The notes below the pieces were generated by a model. It saw nothing but the letters and a program-made list of their open reading frames with translations. It ran no database searches and was not told the origin of the DNA. A stretch of DNA of 64,000 nucleotides, from contig CALSCP010000388.1 in assembly GCA_943704425.1 (NCBI GenBank), forward strand, positions 75,778 through 139,777, given 5' to 3'. Source of the DNA: Ministeria vibrans ATCC 50519. Taxonomy: Eukaryota > Protista > Filasterea. Shown here in pieces: positions 16,711-27,979 of the stretch (positions are counted from its first letter, which is position 1; the number at the start of each line of letters is the position of its first letter). The position numbers were made by a program, and so were the translations under genes.

Positions 16711-19700
16711 GTTCGCAGATCGCCTCGCTTCGCGCGCAGAATGAAGAGCTCAGGCGCACAGTCGGGGAATCCGAGAAGCAGATGAAGGTCGTGCTGCAGC
16801 AGTACCATGACGCTGTGAGCGTCACTGCCACCCAACAGGTAAAAAGCCAAAATCACATCAGCTCAACTTTTTTTTTTTTTTTTTCTGACTTTTGCTTCTT
16901 TCAGAGTTCCGACTCGGAGCTTGCGTCGGAAGTGGCGCGTCTCAAGGCACAGATTGCGGAGAACAACACGCGCGGCGAGGAGAAGTTCAACAAGCTGAAG
17001 ATGCAGGCCAAGTCGAAGATTGGGGCTCTTCAGCGTGCGCTTGAGACTGCCGAGGCGCAGGTGGCTGCTGCTGCTCCTGCTGCTGCTGCTGCTGATGTTG
17101 ATGGTGTTGCTGCACCAGGCGATGACGCTGCCTTCGTGCAGTTGCGTGACGAGCTCGATGCGACGCAACAAGCTCTTGTGGCTCAGCGCGCCAAGACGCA
17201 AGCTGCCGAGTCGCTAGTGAAGGAGATGGAGCAGAAGATGCAGACGAGTGGAGGGACGGCGACGGATGTCGAAGATCGCGAAGAAGAAATTGCTGAGCTT
17301 CAAGAGGCACTTGACAAAGCAGACGCGCTTGCGAGCGAACGGGCGCGCACGATCAAGGAACTGCAGAGCAACCTGAACGACACACACTCTCATGTGGCAC
17401 AGCTTGAGAGTGATGCAAGCGAGGTGGCAGCTTTACGTACACGAGTGAGCGAGCTGGAACAGACGCGCGACCGTCTGGCGGCCGTGATTGCTCCGCATGA
17501 CGACGATGAAGAAGAGAGCAGCTCAGCGAACGAAACTGTGTCGCGACTGCAAACCGAGTTGGGCGATGCCGAACGAGCAGCGGCTGCTCTTCAGCTGGAG
17601 TTGGAGGCGCTTCGCGAGCGCCTGGCGAGCAGTACCGCCGAGCATGTTGCTGCTCAAGGACAATTGGCTGCGTTGCAGTTGCAACTAGATGAGGTCCGCT
17701 CAAGCGCATCGAATGAACTGGAAGCGGAGCGCGGGCGCGCCGAATTGCAGCGCCAACAGGCAGAGAAGCAAGTGGAGCAAGTGCAACGCGAACTTGAAGA
17801 GGTACAGGCGGAGTTGCGAGTGGCAAAGGAACATGCGGTCGTGGCGACTGTGCAGGTTGACGCGGCGCCTGTGTTGGACGCAGAAAAGCGTGTTGTGGCG
17901 GCCGAGACACGTGTGGCAGAGGCGGAAGAACGAGCGGTGAGTGCTGAGGCGCGCGCCGTTGATGCTGAGGAGCGTCTAGTGTCTGCAAAGAGGCAACTGA
18001 GCGATGCGGAAGAGCACTTCAAGGCGCAGGTGTCAAGCCAAGTGGAGACGACTCAAGCGCAACTCACGAGTGCGGAGGAGCGGGCTGCAAGTGCAGAAAA
18101 ACAGATCAGCGCACTTCAGGCACAAGTGACGGAGGCGGAGGGACGAGCGAGAGCGAGTGCGACAACTCAACTGACGGAGGCTGAAGAAAGAGCCGTGAGT
18201 GCAGAGGAAAAGATCAGCACACTTCAGGCACAAGTGGCGGAGGCAGTGGAGCGGGCCGCAAGTGCTTCAGCTCAACTGACAGAGGCAGAGGAGCGAGCTG
18301 CGAGTGCAGAGGAACGGATCAGCACACTTCAGGCACAAGTGGCGGAGGCAGTGGAGCGGGCCGCGAGCGCTACAACACAATTGTCGGAGGCGGAAGAAAG
18401 AGCTACGAATGCAGCGGAACAGATCAGCGCACTTCAGGCACAAGTGACGGAGGCAGTGGAGCGGACCGCGAGCGCTACAACACAATTGTCGGAGGCAGAG
18501 GGGCGAGCTGCGAGTGCAGAGGAACGGATCAGCACACTTCAGGCACAAGTGACGGAGGCAGTGGAGCGAGCTGCGAGTGCTACAACACAATTGTCGGAGG
18601 CAGAGGAGCGAGCTGCGAGTGCAGAGGAACGGATCAGCACACTTCAGGCACAAGTGACGGAGGCAGTGGAGCGAGCTGCGAGTGCTACAACACAATTGTC
18701 GGAGGCGGAAGAAAGAGCTACGAATGCAGAGGAGCAAATCAGCGCACTTCAGACACAAGTGGCGGAGCGGGCCGCAAGTGCTGCAACTCAACTGACAGAG
18801 GCAGAGGAGCGAGCTGCGAGTGCGGAGGAACAAATCAGCGCACTTCAGACGCAAGTGACGGGTGCGGTGGAGCGGGTCGCGAGTGCGACAACACAACTGT
18901 CGGAGGCGGAAGAACGAGCTGCGAGTGCTACAACTCAACTGACAGAGGCGGAGGAACGAGCCGCGAGTGCAGAGGAACGGCTCAACGTGCTACAGAGTCA
19001 GCTGAGTGCGTCATTAGAGCGCGTTGAATCAGCGGAACGTCTGGCTTTGAAGGCAGAAGAGCGGGCGACTCGGGTTGAGTCGAGTGTTGGAAATGATCTG
19101 CGTGAGGCACTGGACGCGGCTCAGAGCCAAAGCAAGGCGCTTGAGGCGCGCCTACAACAGGCAGAGGCTCGGTGTTTGGACACGGAAGCACGTATGCGCG
19201 AAGAGGCAGAATTGCTTCAGACCCAACTGAGAGCAAGTGAGGAGCGTGTCGTGGCGCTGTCGTCACTTGAGGAGCGCCTGTACGCGGCGGACGAGGCGCG
19301 GGCGGCGGCAGTGGATCGCGAAAAAGAAAGGAGTGCTGAGCTGGGATCGGCGCAAGAACGACTGGCACAATTGGAGACGCAGCTGCACGAGACGCGCGAG
19401 GGGGAGGGAACCCAACTGCGTGAGGTGCAACAAGAGCTTCAACAGGAAAGGCATTGTCTGACTGAGGCGCAAGAGAAGCTGGCGGCGGCCGAGGCGCGTG
19501 TGTGGGAGCTTGAAGACCAGCGAGACTCGACCGAGAGTCTTTTTGAGCAGCGCATCGCCGCAGTGCAAGGCGATCTGGAGGCAGAACGTGCGTCGTCGGC
19601 CGTCAAGCTCGCCAATGAGGTTGGCGCTGTGACCGAGAACCTCGAGGGTGTGCGACTCGAGTGCGAGGCGCTACGTTCGACTGTGGCACAGCATGAACAG

Positions 19701-20838
19701 ACGCTGGCGCAGCGGTTGCGCGAGGCCGAAGAGAAGGCGCAGCGGGAGCTGGCGCGTCAAATTGAGCAGCAAGAGGAGCACTGGTCAGCGCGTTTGCTGA
19801 GTGTCGAAGCGGCGCTGCACGACGCTCAGGTACAAGCGTCGCAAGTGACGAACGAACGTGAGCGAGTGGAGCAAGAGACGCTCGTATCGCACGCCGCGAC
19901 CGATGCAACACGTCGCGAGATGGAGAGCCGTCTTCTTGAGTTGGAACACGAGATGGAGGCGTTGCATCATCGCAACGAGGAACTCGTGCAGCAGACGACG
20001 GTTGAGCAGGAGGCACATGCAGATGCCGAGGCACGTGTCGCGCAATTGAGTGAGCAGGTCAAGAATATCGAGCGTGAGCGTGACCATGCCGTGGGCTTGG
20101 CGGCTCAGCAGCAACAGCAACAGCCATCTCAGCAAAACCAGTCTAGAGAACGCCAACTTGCAGAGACTGCACTTGCTCGCGTCCAGCAGGAGAATGAGCG
20201 TCTGGTCCAGCAACTGACAGCGATGCAACAGGAGCGGGAGCAGCAGGTGAAGCAAGCGACTGTCGAAGAGGAGCGGCGTGTGCGCAACGTTGAAGAGCTC
20301 GCACAGGCGTCCCTGTGGCAATTGCAGCGACAAGTGGACTCAAGCAAGGAGGAGCTTGCTCGCGAAGCTGCCGCACGACAACACGCCGAACAGGCACTGG
20401 CAGTTGCATTGCAGTCGAGTGCACGGCACGGCAGCTGGGACGACGACGACGACCGAGTGAGCGAGCCTTCGCTCAGTGACAGCTTTGAGTTTGGTGGCGT
20501 CAATGCTGATGTGGACTTGGAGAGCGGCGACGGTCGATGTAAAGCCACCACCGCATAAATATCTCAGCTTTGCCTTTCTAATTTTGTTTATTCTTCTTGT
20601 AGCACTGACAACGCGCGAGCGCGCCATGGTACGTCTGGCCAAAGCGGTGCGATGGGTCAACGAGTACAGGTGCAAACACAAATGGTCCATCTCACTCGAA
20701 TGGCTGACCCTATTTCTTTGGGCGGGGTTTTATAGTGTCTTTGCCAGTCGTAAGTTCCGGTCGCGTCCGCGTTTCCGCGTGTTTATCATTGGCTATCTCG
20801 TTCTACTGCATCTCGCCTGCTTTGTGTGTCTCCTCTGA
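16437..20838 (+). CDS. Golgin (giantin/golgin-84/CASP-type), long coiled coil with C-terminal TM anchor
   Basis: About 1350-aa coiled coil; C-terminus RSRPRFRVFIIGYLVLLHLACFVCLL has the Y...H TM signature of this golgin group; four introns. Confidence 0.8.
18040..18990 (+). repeat. Coding tandem repeat, 105 bp / 35 aa (five heptads), about 8-9 copies
   Basis: Unit TTQLSEAEERAASAEERISTLQAQVTEAVERAASA; agcacacttc recurs at 18321 and 18531 (2 x 105). Confidence 0.9.
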
Positions 20839-21019
20839 TACAAATGCGTCTTTTATATTATTATTATTATTAATTATTATTATTAAATTATTATTTACAA
20901 AGGCATCGGGTTAGCATGTCGTAGTCGAAGCCGACGTTGTCCGGCGCATGGTTGTCTGCATCGTGTGGTACCTGAGGTGTGGGGTTGTTTGCGAACAAAT
21001 TAAGCTTCTGGTGGCTTTC

Positions 21020-22983
21020 CTACATGTCAAATCCACTGTCAACGCCATCATCATAATAATCATCGTCGTCGTCATCATCGTCATCATCGTCATCATCGTC
21101 ATCGTCGTCGTCGTCGTCATCGTCATCGTCGTCATCTTCATCGCCATTGTCCCTTGCCCTGGACGGGCGTGATCTCGGCATTTCGAGACGCTCAGCGCGG
21201 TCAGGTGCAACGTCGACGCGTGCGTCGCCCAAACGAGACGCTGGAAGAGCGGCAAGGGCATGGTCGTCGATGACGAGGGACATGTCGAGGCACCACAGGT
21301 CGTTGCAGGTGGGTTGAGACGACTGAGTGGTAAAGCCACCGAAAAAGAAGGCATGTGTGCCACGCCAGACGGACACAGCACTGAGGCGGGGCACGGGGAA
21401 GGCATTTTCAGGGGATGGCTGGGTGTACACATGCGACCAGGTGTGTGTGAGTGTGTCAAAGTGGGCCACGCGCGATGTGTGGGGGAAGCCACCAAAAGCA
21501 ACGACAATCTTGTAGCCGACAAGAAGCGACGAGTGACAGCGAAAGGCAGCACGAAATGGACGTGAAGGGTCGTCGGCAGGCGAAGCGAGATGCCACTCGC
21601 ATGAGTCCAGGTCGAGATAGTAGACAGTGGACATCTCGCGTGGGTTGGTGAGAAGCCCACCGGCACGGTTACCGCCCATGACGTACATGCGACGCGTGCC
21701 ACGCACCTCAACAATGTGCGCCGAGTGACCAAAGCGGGGTGTGGGCATGTGGTCGCCACGGGTCCGCAGACGCATCCACACGCTCGAGTTGAGGTCAAAG
21801 TGCTCGACGACGTTGGTGCAATCGCCGTTGCTGATGCCGCCAAACGCGTACGCACACTGGCGCACCTTGTCAACTGCCATGGAGTGGTAGCCGCGTCGCA
21901 TGGGCTCATACGCGTCCGCATCGCCTTTACGCGCGTTAACTGCCCCTGCTGCACCACCACCACCAGCGCCTCTTCCCCCACCCATCGGGCGACCAGCCGC
22001 ATTCCCACTACCACCGCCACCACCAGCAGCGGGCCAGGCGTTGTTGGGTTGAGGAGCAAAGTTGCCCTGAAGGTTGTTGCGTTGGTCGCTGCGTCGCGAT
22101 TGCAACTCAAGCCGTTCTGGCGTTGTCCAGGCAAGCGAAGCAGCGGCCGCAGACGCTGACGACAGATCACGACAAGTGAGAATGTATGAGCTCGAGAGTT
22201 CGCCCTGGTAACCACCGGCCGACATACCACCGTGTAGCAATACGCTGTCGTGTGAGATGGCGGTAAGCGTGTGGCCATAGCGTGGCGATACCTCAGATCC
22301 TTTGACCAGATCTGTGCACCACTGCTGCTGGTCTGGCACATCGTCAGTAGTAGTAGTAGCAGCAGCAGGAGCATCAAGAGGGGGCAAACGAAAAGGAGAA
22401 TTGACTGCGTCATCAAGCGATAAGATATGCGCATCGTTTTGAAGGCGATCGAATAGCGCCCAGCCACCCCAGACAAGGAAATATTTGTCGCCCAGCAGTG
22501 CGCCAGCATGCCCTTCGCGCGCACAGGGCCACTTCAGCACACCGAGTCGTTCCCACTGGCCCATCTTGCATCTGGTGAGTCGCAGCAGATGCTCGTAGAC
22601 GAGGGAGGGGTGTTGGGTGTCGCAGAGGGCGAGTATGGGTTGGGTGTGCGGAGTGAGTTGACGAAAGTCGCGCAGACACAGCTGACGCCACAGGTTGGGC
22701 GTAGAGCAAATGACGTGGAAACGACGAGATACTTGTGAGACTTGGGCAACCTGCGGTCGACGTGGGAAGGGGCGAGGAGGGCAAGCGACACAAAAGAGGT
22801 CAGCAAAATTCGAGGAAGAAAAAAAAAAAAAGTCGGAGTAAAAAGACAAAAACAATGAAATGGAAGGGGCTTAAAAGGTAGCGCATGTGGTACAAACGCA
22901 GTAGTACTTACGTCCATTCCCTCTAGAAAGCGCAGGATGCACAGGACAATGTCGTCTGACAGACGGTCGAACAGCGACATCAT
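21020..22983 (-). CDS. F-box/Kelch-repeat protein with poly-Asp tail
   Basis: F-box LSDDIVLCILRFL...VSQVSRRFHVICSTPNLW spans one intron. Kelch repeats AREGHAG, PRYGHT, RRGYHS, PRFGHS with GG motifs. The 3' end may extend to about 20911 through another intron. Confidence 0.88.
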
Positions 22984-23493
22984 CTCACCCGCCTCTCCTG
23001 CCAGATCGCCAAGCGGAATCACGTGAAAAAGCCACCGGCCAAGGTGTCGTCTCTAGGCTGAGGTGAATGGTACAAAGACACGCTTGCGAGCAAGCTCAAG
23101 AGGATTATGGAAGAAAAAGTCTGGGAAAGCTGTGGGCAATGAACCCAAAAAGGACGTTTTAGAAACAAGTTTGAAAGTGACGACGGGCAGTGCGAAACAC
23201 GCAGAGTTCGTTTCGGTGGAACATATATAGCACGTTGAACACAGTCGTGGCAGTGATACCTAATTTAGCACTCATTCAGCAGTTCGGCTGCGTCTCCCTT
23301 ATTTCCACCGTCTCAAACGACCGAAGACGTCGACTGCTGCCTGGCCGCCCTCTTCGCCCCCGACAAGACGCGTTGTCCCGCCGCTGAGTCGCTGACAGTG
23401 CTGTGTGGTATAAGTCTCTTTCAAACAACAAATACGGGCCAAGCCAATTGAGACACTATCACACTAATGACGATTTTTGATTTTACACTTTCT

Positions 23494-25419
23494 TTACATT
23501 AATCGTTTCCGCAGGGCCGCTCTCACTCTCTCGCGCACCCCCCGCTCGGCGTCTTCGTCCTCCTGTTCCTGTTCCACTGCCAGTCCGGCGTCGACCTCCT
23601 CGTCCAGCCCACTGTCATAGTTCCCAGCAACACCGTTGTTGTTATTTTCACTATTGACCTGTATGAATGGCATCACTGTGCCCTGAGTGTTCAGGCGCGC
23701 CTGCAGCACTTGCACCTCCGCAGTGCGTTTAGCGACCACACTCGCCTCCACCGTCAGTCGTCGCTTTAGGTCTCGCTCGCGGTGCGCTGCCGCCTGCCTT
23801 GTGTCCTCCACCTGTGCGACCAGTTGACGCGTCGTCTCGTTGGTCACCCGTCGATATTCATTCACCATGCGCACGCGTGTACTGCGCTCGCGCTCTCGTT
23901 CTCGTTCACTGGCCTTGTGCTTGGTCACTGCTCTTTGCAGTGCTTCTTCTGTCCGTCTCCGTGCCGATTCTGCCCGCGTCAGTCTCTTCTGCTCCTCTGT
24001 CAGCTCACTCTGCAGTTGCTGCACCGTCTCTTCCAACGCGTGTACTGTCTCTTCGAGTCGCTCTGCCCGCTTCTCCGACTCCTCATACTGCCTGGCAAGT
24101 TCTCCTTCGCTCCTAGCGTGCTCTGCAACACTTCGCTCAAGCTCTTCCGCACGCATCCGCCAACGTTGCTCCGACTCGTCCGCCACGCTCAAGCGACCCT
24201 TCAACGAGCGTACGTCGTGCTCGAGTCCGTCGCACTGTGCCAGTCGCGTCGACACCCACCGCCCCAGTGCTTCTGCCTCCATAGACCGTCCGCCCTCCAC
24301 CGCCGTGTACACTCCATTCACAATGGTCTCCAGTCGCTCGTTCTCGCTCACCAGCACATCTGCCGATGCGCGCAGTGCGTCCAGTGCCGTTCGCGTGCGC
24401 TCGCCACTCGCACGCAGCGCATCGCGCTCACTCTCTACCTCTTCCAACTCTCGAACGCGTGCCTTGAGCTGCGTCACGTTCACAAGCGTTTGTCGCTGTT
24501 GCAACTCACTTGTAGATTTGCTCCGCTCCAGCTCGTCGCGCAGCTGTTCCAGTTGCCCTCGTACGCGATCCGCCATCTGCTTTTCCCGCGCCAGTTGTGC
24601 CTCCATTTCTTCCTTGCTGCGTGCCTGTAGCGTGCGCACCTCGTGCATTTCCGACTCATGCACTCGACCAAGTCGTTCCAGTTCGCTCACATAGCGTTGC
24701 TGTGCCTCATCCGTTCTCTGTGTCTGCTCCCTCATTGTTCCCCGTGCTTCTTCCTCCATTTCTTCCACTCGACGTTCAAGCAACATCACCCGCGCACGCC
24801 ACTCCGACTCACGCCTGACCAGATCCGCTTCTGTACTCAACGCAACCTGGCGCGCCTCATTTAGGGACTCGCGTACCGCAGCGAGACACGATGACTCGGC
24901 CGCAAGGCGTGTCTCCATCTCACGCTGCGTGAGCGTTGCCCTGTGCTGAACGCGCTCCAGCTCGGCGCGCGCCTGTGCAATTGTCGCAGTCTCTTGTTCG
25001 TCGAGCCTCGCCAAGAGTTGCAAATTCTCGCGCTCCATCGTCTCGCACAGCTGTACCAGCACTTGCCGATCGCCTTGCTCGAGGAGACGCGCATCGCTCA
25101 ATTCCAGGCGAGCCTCCCTCACCCGACGCTCAGCTTCGTCCACACGCGCACACAGCGCATCGCGCTCCTCCGTCAGCTGCTCAATAAGAGCGTGCAGCGC
25201 AGACACGGTAGCCTCCACTTCCCGCGCGCGCTGCTTCGAGCGGACACGGCCGTCGTCGTGAACGACACTCAAAAGCTGTGCAAGTTCGCGTGCTTTTCCC
25301 TCCGTCTCCCGAACGTCCCGCACCGCCTCCGCAAGCGCATTCTCACCCATGTACGCAAAACGTTTCGTTGACAATGTACCGTTGAAGCGTGAGCGTGATT
25401 GGGATTGACAGGTTGACAT
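23494..25419 (-). CDS. Intronless coiled-coil protein of unknown function (641 aa)
   Basis: Long ORF with E/R/L/A heptad composition and an AT-rich start context. Confidence 0.8.
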   Translation of the reverse strand: MSTCQSQSRSRFNGTLSTKRFAYMGENALAEAVRDVRETEGKARELAQLLSVVHDDGRVRSKQRAREVEATVSALHALIEQLTEERDALCARVDEAERRVREARLELSDARLLEQGDRQVLVQLCETMERENLQLLARLDEQETATIAQARAELERVQHRATLTQREMETRLAAESSCLAAVRESLNEARQVALSTEADLVRRESEWRARVMLLERRVEEMEEEARGTMREQTQRTDEAQQRYVSELERLGRVHESEMHEVRTLQARSKEEMEAQLAREKQMADRVRGQLEQLRDELERSKSTSELQQRQTLVNVTQLKARVRELEEVESERDALRASGERTRTALDALRASADVLVSENERLETIVNGVYTAVEGGRSMEAEALGRWVSTRLAQCDGLEHDVRSLKGRLSVADESEQRWRMRAEELERSVAEHARSEGELARQYEESEKRAERLEETVHALEETVQQLQSELTEEQKRLTRAESARRRTEEALQRAVTKHKASERERERERSTRVRMVNEYRRVTNETTRQLVAQVEDTRQAAAHRERDLKRRLTVEASVVAKRTAEVQVLQARLNTQGTVMPFIQVNSENNNNGVAGNYDSGLDEEVDAGLAVEQEQEDEDAERGVRERVRAALRKRLM

Positions 25420-25602
25420 TAATAAAACTATTGCGATTTTACATTAATTATTTTTGAAATTTCGTCGTATTCGTAGTTTCCAAAGAGTCAAGACGTATCT
25501 CAACTATTCAAAAATATCTGATCTCCTTGTTTGTTCTCTTTCTCTCGCGCTTGATCGCCGTATCCTTTGTGTTTCTTTGAATTTGCCATTGAGCAAAACA
25601 GG

Positions 25603-25741
25603 ATGGTACACGCCTCAGTTGGGTGTTTTGCAATCTAACTCGCAACGTCGCTCTCCCCTTTGTCTTTTGCAGGGACGCACAAGCGATGCCAAGAAGGGCG
25701 AGACGCTTGAGGATTTGCAGAAGCCCGTTTCGAAAATCGAG
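25603..25741 (+). CDS. RPC2: RNA polymerase III second-largest subunit, displaced 5' exons (M|GRTSDAKKGETLEDLQKPVSKIE)
   Basis: ATG 25603-25605, intron, exon 25673-25741 ending in phase 0. LQKPVSKIE|DKWKLLPAFLK matches the RPC2 N-terminal pattern ([20 protein letters not shown] in human POLR3B). Confidence 0.7.
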
Positions 25742-25988
25742 GTAAGAACGGACGAAACACGTTTGGTTTCATCAGGGGATCTCTCTCTCTCTCTCTCGCT
25801 CTGTCTCTCTCGCCCTCTTCCCTCTCTCTACACTCTCTCCTCTCTCTCTCTCTCTGTGCTCTCTTTCGCCTCCATCCCACCCTACCTTGATACCCACGAC
25901 ACTCATGCGTGCCCAGTGCACCTGTGCATGCCGTTGCCGCCCTCCCTCGACCCCAACAGCCTCCGCTAATCACACGAGTCTGACACTG

Positions 25989-26020
<32 letters not shown>

Positions 26021-26133
26021 TGTATTTGCACTTCCGATGTGAGAAATGCCCGTCTGTACTTTGCGTATTCATTTCAACTGGGAAAGGCATCGGTAGTATA
26101 TTATGAGTGATTAAACTGTACCGTTGTGTTTAG

Positions 26134-27709
26134 CTGGAGAACATTTTGCTGACAGAGGACGACGATGTTGTGATTGCTGACTTTGGCTTTGCGACATGGG
26201 TCAACACGGGCTTTGACCTCTCCACCACCTGTGGCACTCCCACCTACGCATGTCCCGAGCTGTTCTCCAAAGAGCCCTCCTACAACGGTCGAAGTGTACG
26301 AAACGAGATGCACAAGGAGAGGAGTGTCTTTGTGGTGTGTGTGTGTGTGTCTTTGTGGTGTGAGTGAGAAATCTGCATGACAAACAGTCTTTCTCTCTCT
26401 TTTTCACTCTCTCCCGATACGTCTGTGTGACAATCTTTCACGCTCTCTTTATCATTTTCTCACTCTCTTTTTCACTTTCTTACGATGCACACTCAGGTTG
26501 ACATTTGGGCGCTGGGCGTTGTTCTCTTCCATCTGATCGCTGGGTATGGCCCCTTTGACGCCTCCACAATTGCCGCCGTGCGCAATCTCGTGCTCAAAGG
26601 CGACTTTGACATGCCTACTTTTTTCAGTCAAGGTATAATTGTACACATCAAAAATAGTATTACTATTATTATATTCATTATTCTATTATTATTATTATTA
26701 TTTTTATTATTATTATTATTATTATTGTTGTTATTGTTGTTGTTGTTGTTGTTGTTTTTATTATTATTGGGCGACATTCTGCTTGATTGAGCTGTGACGG
26801 CCCGCGTTAAATTGATCTTATGCTGGTGTAGACGTCCGAGATGTTATCTCACGCATGCTTGAAGTGGAGCCGATGAAGCGGATTACCATGGCCGAGCTCA
26901 TTCAACATCCGTGGGTGGTTGCCGGCGAGGGCGATGGTACTGTGTTGGGCGCATACACAGACGACCTCACCAAGAGCTATGGGCGTCTCATGGCTACTGT
27001 GGAAAATAGTCTCGGCTCGGAGGAGGATGCACAAGTGGTGGCTGAAGTCACAACGTCACCACCACCCGTCTCACCCCAGCTGGTGGCGTCCTCCTTCAAT
27101 TTCCACGACTGTGACCAGATCTTGATGCCCGTCGACATGGCCGTCTCGCCCGTGGATTCGGCCGAAGACTCCGATTGCTACAGTTTCGGCATGGACACAA
27201 ATTCTCCCATGCGTCGTGCTCGTTCGCGCGGCGACAGCGGCCGAGACGAGAACGTGTTTATCGTAGTGGACGACTACCACGACGACGATGGTCATCAAAG
27301 AGGAATCACCTCCGGCCAACCGCGCGTCAAGCTGACGACCACTCGTAGCGAACCCCTGTTGCAACACTTACGCGTTCCTTCCAAGAGCAGTACCGCCGCC
27401 AGCCGCTCGCGACCGCGCAGCAGAGGCGCCTGCACTGCACATCGTCCAGCCAAATCACCGACCCCCTCTGCAGTACAGGATCCACAACCCCGCATCCGTT
27501 ATGCCTACCACTCCCTCTCACGTGGCTCTTCTGTGCACTCCTCACTATCCTCTCCCACCTCCACCTCGCAGTCCAACCCGATCACACCCACTCGCACACC
27601 CCCTTCGTCTCACACGGTCCTTCCCGCCGCCACCAAGCCCAAGTCTGCTTCCACTCCCTTGTTTCCCTTTTTCACGCACATGTTCCGTCGCAAGAAGACA
27701 AAGCACTAA
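26134..27709 (+). CDS. Kinase 3, C-terminal half (LENILL...DFG...ACPE...DIWALG plus tail)
   Basis: Begins at an acceptor in phase 0 with LENILLTEDDDVVIADFGFAT. No N-lobe lies upstream on this block; it complements 10142-10993 exactly. Confidence 0.85.
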
Positions 27710-27979
27710 ATCCACACACTCTCTCTTCCACGCCATGGTCTATGCACCGATGTAACCGACAATACTTATAATGCACAGTTCATTTACTATTATTGATAAT
27801 TTATCCAGACAAATTAAGATAACGTCATTGTTCTTTTATTATCCTTTATAATTATTATTATGATGCATGGCGTACCATTGCGATTACCTCACTGAATAGC
27901 GATTGAACTCGTGCTTTTGATGTTGATCCTGGTGACTGTATTATTAATAAATTAAATGGGTTGTATTCTTCCTTTGTTA

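Noticed and set aside
18040-18990. CRISPR-like or mobile repeat array
   Set aside because: No unique spacers; it is an in-frame 105-bp coding repeat of a coiled coil in a eukaryotic gene
20911-22524. Long alternative-frame and antisense ORFs over GC-rich genes (also 41187-42626, 54276-55301, 56684-57937)
   Set aside because: Shadow ORFs expected from GC-rich codon bias, with no recognisable motifs
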